A stretch of 64,000 nucleotides of DNA from Nitrospirales bacterium (lineage in GTDB: Bacteria; Nitrospirota; Nitrospiria; Nitrospirales; NS-4): contig DASXSU010000031.1 of assembly GCA_036505795.1 (NCBI GenBank), positions 3,256-67,255 on the forward strand, given 5' to 3'. The notes below the pieces were generated by a model. It was given only the letters and a program-made list of their open reading frames with translations, was not told where the DNA came from and searched no databases. A program made the position numbers and the translations under genes. Shown here in pieces: positions 55,446-64,000 of the stretch. How positions within the stretch are numbered: the first letter of the stretch is position 1; every line of letters begins with the position of its first letter.

Positions 55446-55919
55446 ATGGCCGAGTCACGCAATCACGCGATCGCCTGGGAACTGCGCCGGCTGGCGGCTG
55501 AACTGGATCGAAAGGAGGCCAATCCTTTTCGAGTCCGGGCCTACAGGCGAGCGGCGGACGCCATTTCGAGCCTGCCTGAGGATGCCGCCGCCGTAGCCCG
55601 CAGAGGGGAGCTGCGTCGGATTAAAGGAATCGGCCCTGACCTCGCCAAGCGGATTGAAGCTTATTGCGAGCGCGGCAGCATGAACACGGGAACCGAGGGC
55701 GAGGATCTCCTGCCTGCCGCCATCGCCGGCTGGGCATCGCTGCCCGGTTTCTCAACATCAATCCTGCGTTATTTGCACGACCGGCTTCAGATTCGCACGC
55801 TGGATGACCTGGAAGCGCTCGTGCGTTCCAGGTTCCTGAGAACTCTCCCTGATGTCACCGCGGCCGATGACGAGATTCTAGAAGAGATCTCGCGGCTGCG
55901 GGCTCGGCTTGAAGCTTGA
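55446..55919 (+). CDS. stand-alone helix-hairpin-helix protein resembling the PolX N-terminal (8-kDa plus fingers) module
   Basis: ANPFRVRAYRRAADAISSLPEDAAAVARRGELRRIKGIGPDLAKRIEAY, then a second HhH-like LPGFSTSILRYLHDRLQIRTLDDLE. 157 aa, with no palm/thumb or PHP domain. Confidence 0.6.
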   Translation: MAESRNHAIAWELRRLAAELDRKEANPFRVRAYRRAADAISSLPEDAAAVARRGELRRIKGIGPDLAKRIEAYCERGSMNTGTEGEDLLPAAIAGWASLPGFSTSILRYLHDRLQIRTLDDLEALVRSRFLRTLPDVTAADDEILEEISRLRARLEA

Positions 55920-56089
55920 CTGGAAGCAAGCGTCTCTGTTAACCCTTCTCTAAAGGCGTGCTCTTGTGGTACCGGGCGCTTCCCGAGGTTGGCGGGCCAG
56001 TGATCCCGCCACAGTGTTGAGGAGCGCTCAAAAATTCGCTGAACGGGTCAATGGATACGACATCCGGTTTTGAGCAGGAAGAAACGTCT

Positions 56090-56326
56090 ATGCCCGTGGT
56101 AGCCTTTATCCTCATCGAAGTGACCGGTGACCACACTAAAAGCGCGTACAAAACCATCCAAAGGATGGCCGGCGCCAAGGCCTGCTATATGCTCAGCGGC
56201 ACTTATGACATTCTTGTGCACGTGGAAGCGGAGTCCCTTGAGGCGCTGAGTGATCTATTGTTGTCGAAGATCCGGTCGGTGGATGGTGTGGTGAAGACCA
56301 CCACCTGCATGGTCTTGAATATGTAG
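56090..56326 (+). CDS. stand-alone Lrp/AsnC-type ligand-binding (RAM) domain protein
   Basis: From ATG 56090 (AGGAAG upstream): MPVVAFILIEVTGDHTKSAYKTIQRMAGAKACYMLSGTYDILVHVEAESLEALSDLLLSKIRSVDGVVKTTTCMVL. Confidence 0.65.
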   Translation: MPVVAFILIEVTGDHTKSAYKTIQRMAGAKACYMLSGTYDILVHVEAESLEALSDLLLSKIRSVDGVVKTTTCMVLNM

Positions 56327-56347
56327 TCTTGCTCACAGAGTCAAAAG

Positions 56348-56383
56348 AAAGGCCCTCGAGGAAAGCTCCTCGAGGGCCTTTTT
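56348..56383. terminator. bidirectional rho-independent terminator between the RAM-domain gene and groEL
   Basis: aaaGGCCCTCGAGG-aaagct-CCTCGAGGGCCttttt: an 11-bp GC-rich stem flanked by A-run and T-run, sitting between convergent genes. Confidence 0.8.
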
Positions 56384-56406
56384 CGTTCCTGCCTCGTGGC
56401 GGGCTT

Positions 56407-58071
<1,665 letters not shown>

Positions 58072-58130
58072 TTAAATTCAACTGTAAAAATACACTTTTT
58101 GGCTGTCTGCCTGAGCTTGTTGCGGCGATG

Positions 58131-58433
58131 CTATTTGTCGAAGATGCCTAGAATATCTTCTTCTTTGATGATCAGATAATCGGTGCCCTCGACATTAATC
58201 TTGCTGCCGGAGTATTTATCGAAGAGGATGATGTCGCCGACCTTCACGGATTTCACTTCAGCGCCGCATCCCTCGATTTTCCCACGCTGAGGCTTTTCCT
58301 TAGCCGCATCGGGGATATAAATCCCCCCTGCTGTCCGCTCTAACTCCTCGGTATAGCTGACGAAGCAACGATCTTTGAGAGGCTTAAACCCTATGGTTGC
58401 TGCTGCTTTCTTCTCGGCTGTTTGCACTGCCAT
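58131..58433 (-). CDS. groES: co-chaperonin GroES
   Basis: FKPLKDRCFVSYTEELERTAGGIYIPDAAKEKPQRGKI...; 100 aa, upstream of groEL. Confidence 0.95.
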   Translation of the reverse strand: MAVQTAEKKAAATIGFKPLKDRCFVSYTEELERTAGGIYIPDAAKEKPQRGKIEGCGAEVKSVKVGDIILFDKYSGSKINVEGTDYLIIKEEDILGIFDK

Positions 58434-58568
58434 CTGCTCTACCCTCCTTGTGACTTGATTGTAGGTATTGGTATTGACCCAGGCTCGGAGAACCCCCGTT
58501 CCTCCGTATAAAGGTCATCCTAAGAAGTAAGGCCGGTTCCGGCAGAATCAAGCCCTGTAGAAAAATTT

Positions 58569-59963
58569 TTACATGGTTTTTTCTGCGTGGACGTCGCGCT
58601 GGTTCGGCCGTAACTCCTTGAAAATCATCCATGATTTCAACAAATCGGTCGCTTTCTGCAATTGAGGGTCGTCCTCCTCCCCTTCTTTCCCGTCCTTACC
58701 GTCTTTGCTCTTGGCGTCCTTGTCTTTTTTGCCGTCTTTAGACTCCGGCTTGATCACCGGCGGCTCCGGCAGAGGGGTGGGCACAACCGCGGGCTCTTCT
58801 TTGTTCGGGTCGCGCAGAGACTTATCGAGATCCCGTTCCCGTATCGGCGTGGCCGTGGTCGGCTTTCCCTTGACGACGATGTCCGGGGAGATCCCGATAC
58901 CATGGATGCTCCGACCCTTCGGGGTATAGTACTTCGCGGTGGTAAGGCGCAGACCTGAACCATCGCCGAGCGGCAAGATGGTCTGCACAGAACCCTTCCC
59001 GAAAGTCTGTACGCCCACAACCACCGCGCGTCCCCAGTCTTGTAAGGCCCCTGCCACAATCTCGGAGGCGCTCGCGCTCCCTTCATTAACCAGAATAATC
59101 ATGGGATAGTCTTCCGGCTGGTCTTTGATGTGGGATGGGTACTCGTCCTTTCGTCCATCCCGGGTCTTGATGTACACGATGAGCCGGTTTAAGCCGACAA
59201 ATTGCTCGGAGACGTCGATCGCGGCCGTGAGCAGGCCCCCCGGGTTGTTACGAAGATCTAAGATGAGCGACTGCATCTTCTGGTCATGTAACTTCTTAAG
59301 CGCACCGACCATGTCCCTGGCGGTCTGGTCCTGGAACTGGGTCAACCGGACATAGCCGATATTGCTTTCAAGCATTCTCGACTTCACGCTCTCGATTTTG
59401 ATGATCTCACGAGTCAGAACAAAGACCAGCGGTTCGGCGACTCCCTCACGGTGGATCGTGAGAGTCACTTTGGTGCCCTTAGGCCCCCGCATCTTCTGCA
59501 CCGCGTCCATGAGGGTCATGTCCTTCGTGGTTTCGTTATTCACCTTCATAATGACATCGGATGGCTTGACTCCTGCTCGCTCCGCCGGCGTGCCATCGAT
59601 CGGCGCGATCACCGTCAAACGATTCTCTTTCATGCCGATTTGAATCCCGACACCTCCGAATTCCCCCTTGGTCTCGACCTGAACCTCTTTATACACATCG
59701 GGCTGCATGAACGCAGAGTGGGGATCAAGTGTGGCCAGCATGCCGCGGATGGCGCCATAGACGAGATCCTTGGTCTTGACCTCTTCGACATAGTGCTTTT
59801 GGATGTGTGCCAGCACCTCGGTGAAGGTCTTGAGCTCTTCATAGGTTTCCGTGGCCATCACGGCCCGGTCCCATCCTTTACCGATGATGACCCCTGTCAC
59901 GAGCGTGACCACGAAGACGATGGTCAGGCCCATTTTTATCCTACTTGCCTTGCCTTCCATCAC
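58569..59963 (-). CDS. ctpA: carboxy-terminal processing (S41, Ctp/Prc-type) peptidase
   Basis: N-terminal TM helix, PDZ region (GGVGIQIG...VIAPIDGTPAERAGVKPSDVI), LILDLRNNPGG, VNEGSASASEI. Lys/Asp/Gly-rich C-terminal tail. Confidence 0.85.
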   Translation of the reverse strand: MMEGKASRIKMGLTIVFVVTLVTGVIIGKGWDRAVMATETYEELKTFTEVLAHIQKHYVEEVKTKDLVYGAIRGMLATLDPHSAFMQPDVYKEVQVETKGEFGGVGIQIGMKENRLTVIAPIDGTPAERAGVKPSDVIMKVNNETTKDMTLMDAVQKMRGPKGTKVTLTIHREGVAEPLVFVLTREIIKIESVKSRMLESNIGYVRLTQFQDQTARDMVGALKKLHDQKMQSLILDLRNNPGGLLTAAIDVSEQFVGLNRLIVYIKTRDGRKDEYPSHIKDQPEDYPMIILVNEGSASASEIVAGALQDWGRAVVVGVQTFGKGSVQTILPLGDGSGLRLTTAKYYTPKGRSIHGIGISPDIVVKGKPTTATPIRERDLDKSLRDPNKEEPAVVPTPLPEPPVIKPESKDGKKDKDAKSKDGKDGKEGEEDDPQLQKATDLLKSWMIFKELRPNQRDVHAEKTM

Positions 59964-59976
59964 GTACTCCTTTTCC

Positions 59977-61161
59977 TTACCGCCGTCTTGTTAACCACGG
60001 CAGCGGATCGAGGGCTTCCCCTCCTTGCCGCAACTCAAAATAGAGGGTGCTCTGGCCGGTGAGGCCCGTATCGCCGATCTCACCGATGGGCTGATTGCCA
60101 CGCACCGTGTCTCCTACTCCCACCAGCAGCTTGGACGCGTGCGCGTACAGCGTGAAATAACCCTCGCCATGATCGACGATCACCAAGAGCCCATAGCCCC
60201 GCATCCAATCCGCAAAGGCGACCACCCCTTCGAACACCGAACGGATGAGACTGCCCTGCGCGGCTCGAATCTCGATGCCTTTGCGCTGCACATACGTTTC
60301 GAACTTCGGATGCTTTTGCCGGCCGAACAGCGTCATGACTTCGCCTTCGGTGGGCCACCCCAGCCGCCCTTTCAGTTTGCCTAGGCCTTCGCCCCCACTC
60401 TCGGGACGGAAGGCGGCCGCCGCTTTGCGCTTTGACTCGAATTCTCTCAGCAAGCCTTCGAGCCGGTGCGCTGACTTCTCGAGCTCGCCGGCTACCGTTT
60501 CATAGAGCACTTTTTCGCTGCGCACCCGGGCCAGGATCGCATCCTTCTTGGCGCGCTCCTCCCGAACCTGAGCCAGTTTCTCGGCCGTCTCCTCCTGGTA
60601 GGATACCAGCTCAGCCCGCACTTGTCGCAGTCTGGCATTCGTCGATTCGAGCTGAGTGAGATCAGTGCGGTAGCCTTCCAGCATCTGATACTCCCGGCGA
60701 GAGATCCAGCGCAACATGGCGTAGCGTGACAGCAGATCCTGGCTATCGTGCGAAGCCAGCAGCAACCTCATGTCCGCGGCTGGTCCTTCCTTATACATGA
60801 CCCGCAATCGGCTGCGGATTGAGTCCTGGCGCTCTTCCATTCTCTTCCGCACACGGAGGACGGCGCTGCTCGTCGCTTCAAGGTCATGATCCTTCTGCTT
60901 GAGTTTTGCGGTCAGATGGGCTAATGCCTCACGACGGCGCTTCAACTGATGATCCACATCTTCGATAGATTGCAGGACGGAGGCTTCCTTGCGCTGCGCG
61001 TCGCCGGAGCGCCGCTTATTTTCCTTAATCTCTCCTTTTAGCTTCTCGAGACTCTGCTGCTCTTTCTTGATCTTCTCCGCAAGGCTGTCGGCCGAGCGGA
61101 CGGGCATGGGCAGCGCCAAAAGAAGAGCGATCAACACCGCGCCCGTGATCGGATACATCAC
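59977..61161 (-). CDS. EnvC-like murein hydrolase activator (coiled coil plus degenerate LytM/M23 domain)
   Basis: Long coiled coil followed by an M23-like domain lacking metal ligands (GIEIRAAQG instead of HxxxD; TLYFELR instead of HLHFE). Directly downstream of ftsEX. Confidence 0.75.
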   Translation of the reverse strand: MMYPITGAVLIALLLALPMPVRSADSLAEKIKKEQQSLEKLKGEIKENKRRSGDAQRKEASVLQSIEDVDHQLKRRREALAHLTAKLKQKDHDLEATSSAVLRVRKRMEERQDSIRSRLRVMYKEGPAADMRLLLASHDSQDLLSRYAMLRWISRREYQMLEGYRTDLTQLESTNARLRQVRAELVSYQEETAEKLAQVREERAKKDAILARVRSEKVLYETVAGELEKSAHRLEGLLREFESKRKAAAAFRPESGGEGLGKLKGRLGWPTEGEVMTLFGRQKHPKFETYVQRKGIEIRAAQGSLIRSVFEGVVAFADWMRGYGLLVIVDHGEGYFTLYAHASKLLVGVGDTVRGNQPIGEIGDTGLTGQSTLYFELRQGGEALDPLPWLTRRR

Positions 61162-62057
61162 CGCCGCACATCCCGAAGATGCCCCAGTGATACAACGCTT
61201 CCGAGGAAACCGAGCATGGTCCCCAGAAGCACCATCGCGGCCATCAATTGGGCCGGCAGAAACGACAGCCCGGCGCCAAGCCCCCAGAAGCTGCCGTGCA
61301 ACGCCATCTTCGTCTCCGCAAAACCAAATACTGCCCGCAATAGCAGGAGGGAACCGGCCGCGCCGAGCCCTCCCAACAGGGCCCCCTCTAAAAGAAAGGG
61401 CGTCTTGATAAATCCCGGTGTCGCTCCGATCAATCGCAAAATCTCAATGTCTTCCCGCCGCGCATAGAGGGTCAGGCGAATGGTATTGGCCAGAATGGTC
61501 ACCATCGATGCCGCCAGGACGGCGCCGACCAGAATCCCTAGGAGCCGCAGATACCGTAATCCCGCGGCCAGATTCTCAATCAGGTCACGATTGTAGAGGA
61601 CCTCTTCCACTTCAGGCAGCGCCTGCAAGCGTTGCACGAGGACGGCGACCGCTGTCGATGTTCGAAAGCGGGGCACGATTTTCAGGACCAGCGACGCCGG
61701 AAACGGATTCTCCCCTAGTCCGTTCAACAATCGCTCCTCTGACGGAAAGCGATTGCGGAACGACTCCAAGGCCTGCTCGCGCGTCACGAATTCTATGCCG
61801 GCAATGGCAGCATCGTCGCTGAGCTTCGCGCGCAACGCGGTCATCGCCTGAGAGGTGACGGAATCCCGGAAATACACGATCACTTTGATCTCTTCATGCA
61901 AAGAGCTGAGCACGCCTTGAATGTTGAGATAGAGTAGGAGAAAGACTCCCATGCCCAACATCGTAAAGGCGGTGGTGACGACCGCTGTCACCGTCGTCGT
62001 GCGGTTCGTCATCATGTTATCGACCGCCTCGCTCAAAAGATAGCGGACCCGGGTCAT
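61158..62057 (-). CDS. ftsX: cell division ABC transporter permease FtsX
   Basis: 299 aa with four TM helices, a periplasmic loop and the FtsX C-terminal pattern; follows ftsE. Confidence 0.85.
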   Translation of the reverse strand: MTRVRYLLSEAVDNMMTNRTTTVTAVVTTAFTMLGMGVFLLLYLNIQGVLSSLHEEIKVIVYFRDSVTSQAMTALRAKLSDDAAIAGIEFVTREQALESFRNRFPSEERLLNGLGENPFPASLVLKIVPRFRTSTAVAVLVQRLQALPEVEEVLYNRDLIENLAAGLRYLRLLGILVGAVLAASMVTILANTIRLTLYARREDIEILRLIGATPGFIKTPFLLEGALLGGLGAAGSLLLLRAVFGFAETKMALHGSFWGLGAGLSFLPAQLMAAMVLLGTMLGFLGSVVSLGHLRDVRR

Positions 62058-62059
62058 GG

Positions 62060-62722
62060 TTACGCAGCGCTGCCCGCCAGGACCCGGCCGTGCTCCAACA
62101 TGATCATCCGCCGATTTTGGCGCGCCATCAAGTTTGCATTATGCGTAGCGACGACGACGGTCGTCCCCCGTAGATTGACCGCCTTCAACAAGTCAAGGAT
62201 TTCTGTGGACAGGACGGCGTCCAGATTGCTCGTGGGCTCATCGGCTAACAGAATAAGCGGATCGTTCACAATGGCGCGCGCCAGGCACACTCTTTGCTGC
62301 TCGCCCGCTGAGAGAGTGGGCGGCAACGCCTTTTGGAGTTTATCCAAACCAACGAGCCGCAGGGCTTCAAACACCTTGCCTCTGAGTAGGCCTTCCGAGA
62401 GGCCGACCACCTTCAGCGTGATCGCAACATTTTCGAACACGGTCTTCCGCGGCAGCAGACGAAAGTCTTGAAAGATAATGCCCATCGACCGGCGTAGATA
62501 GGGTACCGCCGACTCCTTCAGCTCGCTGAGGTTCTTATTATTCACCAAAATGTGGCCTTCATCGGGCGTTTCCGCCCGAAATATCAACCGGAGAAGAGTC
62601 GTCTTGCCGGCCCCGCTCGGACCGGTCAGATAAACAAATTCGCCTTTCTCGATCTTTACATTCACATCGTGGAGAGCGGGCCGGCCTTGAAAGCTCTTCG
62701 AGACATGATAGATCTCGATCAT
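62060..62722 (-). CDS. ftsE: cell division ATP-binding protein FtsE
   Basis: MIEIYHVSKSF...GPSGAGKTTLLRL...LSAGEQQRV...LLADEPTSNLD. Confidence 0.9.
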   Translation of the reverse strand: MIEIYHVSKSFQGRPALHDVNVKIEKGEFVYLTGPSGAGKTTLLRLIFRAETPDEGHILVNNKNLSELKESAVPYLRRSMGIIFQDFRLLPRKTVFENVAITLKVVGLSEGLLRGKVFEALRLVGLDKLQKALPPTLSAGEQQRVCLARAIVNDPLILLADEPTSNLDAVLSTEILDLLKAVNLRGTTVVVATHNANLMARQNRRMIMLEHGRVLAGSAA

Positions 62723-63102
62723 GGAGAAGTGCGATGGGCCGCGACCTCAAAGGCACCAGTCACGAGTTCAATCTGCCACGCGTTCGAATCCTTCCCGGAG
62801 ATAAGGACGGCGTCAAAACGACAGGGGCGATCGCCCAAATGCCGCGCCGCCAAAAATTGTTGCGCGAGTCGTGCGATACGAGCCTGCTTGGTCAATGTGA
62901 TGGCCTCAGCGGGCCCGCCGAAGCGATCACTCGTTCTGGCTTTGACTTCAATAAACACCAGCGTCCCCCGGTCCTCCGCGATCAAATCGATTTCCCCCAG
63001 TCGAGTGCGATAATTGGAAGCAAGGATCCGGTAACCCCGGCGTTCCAAAAACTTCGCGGCCGCCCGCTCTCCTTCACTCCCGCAGCGAAGCTTCGCGCTC
63101 AT
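62719..63102 (-). CDS. yraN: YraN-family (UPF0102) endonuclease-like protein
   Basis: From ATG 63102 (ATGA overlap with rnhB): GERAAAKFLERRGYRILASNYRTRLGEIDLIAEDRGTLVFIEVKAR. Confidence 0.8.
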   Translation of the reverse strand: MSAKLRCGSEGERAAAKFLERRGYRILASNYRTRLGEIDLIAEDRGTLVFIEVKARTSDRFGGPAEAITLTKQARIARLAQQFLAARHLGDRPCRFDAVLISGKDSNAWQIELVTGAFEVAAHRTSP

Positions 63103-63719
63103 CGCGACAGGAACTTTCGAATCGGCATAAAACTTCGGCGATGCAAGCTGCACGGCCCATAACGTCTAAGACACCGCAGATGCTCCGCCGTCCCATATCC
63201 CTTGTGCCTCAGAAACCCGTATTCCGGAAATCTTCGATGGGCCTCGACCATCAGGCGATCACGCGTCACCTTCGCCAGGACCGAGGCGGCGGCGACAGAC
63301 ATGCATAACCCATCGCCTTTGATGACCATCCGCTGTTCGATGTCGACATCCGGGAGCCGGATCGCATCAAGGAGAAGAAAATCAGGTGGGGGAGAAAGTT
63401 GGAGCAGGGCTTGTTGCATGGCCCGGCGGGCGGCTTGCCGGATATTGACCGCATCAATGATCTTTGCGTCTACGATCCCCACACCAAAGCCGAACGCCAC
63501 GTCCCTGATCAGGTCATAGAACCCCTCCCGTTGTCGCTCGTTCAGTCGCTTCGAGTCCCGAAGCCCGATAAGCGCACGACAGCGCCGGGGGAGGATGACG
63601 GCCGCTGCGACAACCGGTCCGGCCAGCGGTCCGCATCCGACTTCGTCCAAGCCGGCTATGCGCCGGAATCCCCGAACCCATGCTTCGCATTCGAAGAGTT
63701 CGTCGGCCGTCAATGGCAC
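63099..63719 (-). CDS. rnhB: ribonuclease HII
   Basis: IAGLDEVGCGPLAGPVVAAAV...DSKRLNERQRE...ASVLAKVTRD...KGYGT. Confidence 0.9.
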   Translation of the reverse strand: MPLTADELFECEAWVRGFRRIAGLDEVGCGPLAGPVVAAAVILPRRCRALIGLRDSKRLNERQREGFYDLIRDVAFGFGVGIVDAKIIDAVNIRQAARRAMQQALLQLSPPPDFLLLDAIRLPDVDIEQRMVIKGDGLCMSVAAASVLAKVTRDRLMVEAHRRFPEYGFLRHKGYGTAEHLRCLRRYGPCSLHRRSFMPIRKFLSR

Positions 63720-63730
63720 GAGCGTGTAGG

Positions 63731-64000
63731 CTAAGCGCCGGCCGGAACTTCCGCCGCAGCCGCGGGCACCGGTGCGGACTCCTGCTTGGTCTTGCCCTCT
63801 GCGAGGTATTCGCGTTCTGCAACCCGCGCCATTTTGCCCTTCTTCGTGCGCAAATAATACAGCTTGGCTCGACGAACGCGGCCCTGGCGCACGACCTCAA
63901 TCCGATCGACTACCGGCGAGTGAATTGGGAAAATCCGTTCGACCCACACGCCGAACGACGACTTCCGCACCGTGAAGGTCTCGGCGTTGCGACCGCCTTT
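63731..64000 (-). CDS. rplS: 50S ribosomal protein L19, C-terminal part (start lies beyond the right edge)
   Basis: In-frame to the window edge: [51 protein letters not shown], plus an Ala/Pro-rich C-terminal tail. Confidence 0.9.
   Translation of the reverse strand, partial: KGGRNAETFTVRKSSFGVWVERIFPIHSPVVDRIEVVRQGRVRRAKLYYLRTKKGKMARVAEREYLAEGKTKQESAPVPAAAAEVPAGA

Noticed and set aside
58434-58568. CIRCE/HrcA operator or sigma32 promoter upstream of groES
   Set aside because: No TTAGCACTC-N9-GAGTGCTAA-like inverted repeat is present. CTTGATT-13-CCTTACTT matches the sigma32 consensus only weakly.

Overview
GC-rich bacterial chromosomal window from a diderm organism. It is densely packed, almost entirely on the minus strand, with many 4-nt ATGA start/stop overlaps. 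Positions 1-39.1 kb form one large envelope/LPS region. It starts with a heptose/sugar-nucleotide operon (1-5727) headed by a MarR-type regulator and a NusG paralog, and containing an LhgO-family flavoenzyme, gmhA, gmhB, a transaldolase and two SDRs. An outer-glycan block follows (6.4-24 kb): UDP-GlcA epimerase, UXS, GT2/GT4/GT9 transferases, a methyltransferase, a B12-radical SAM enzyme, an RfbH-like dehydrase, rfbB and a decayed rfbA. Then comes the lipid A/core backbone (24-39 kb): two heptosyltransferases (one fused to GmhB), lpxK, a frameshifted DUF374 gene joined to waaA, msbA, lpxB, a Gfo/Idh/MocA gene, lpxI, lpxA, fabZ, skp and bamA. The right third carries galU, lon, thiL, an HD-domain protein, a complete Mpa-Dop-PrcB-PrcA-PafA proteasome operon with no visible Pup/UBact gene, thiS-thiG-thiE, groES/groEL, ctpA, envC-like, ftsEX, yraN, rnhB and the 3' part of rplS. 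LPS genes together with a Pup-type proteasome suggest Nitrospirota or a similar lineage; this is inference only. I saw no rRNA, tRNA, CRISPR array, transposase or integrase. All calls rest on reading the supplied ORF translations and hand-translating gaps; no database search was run.
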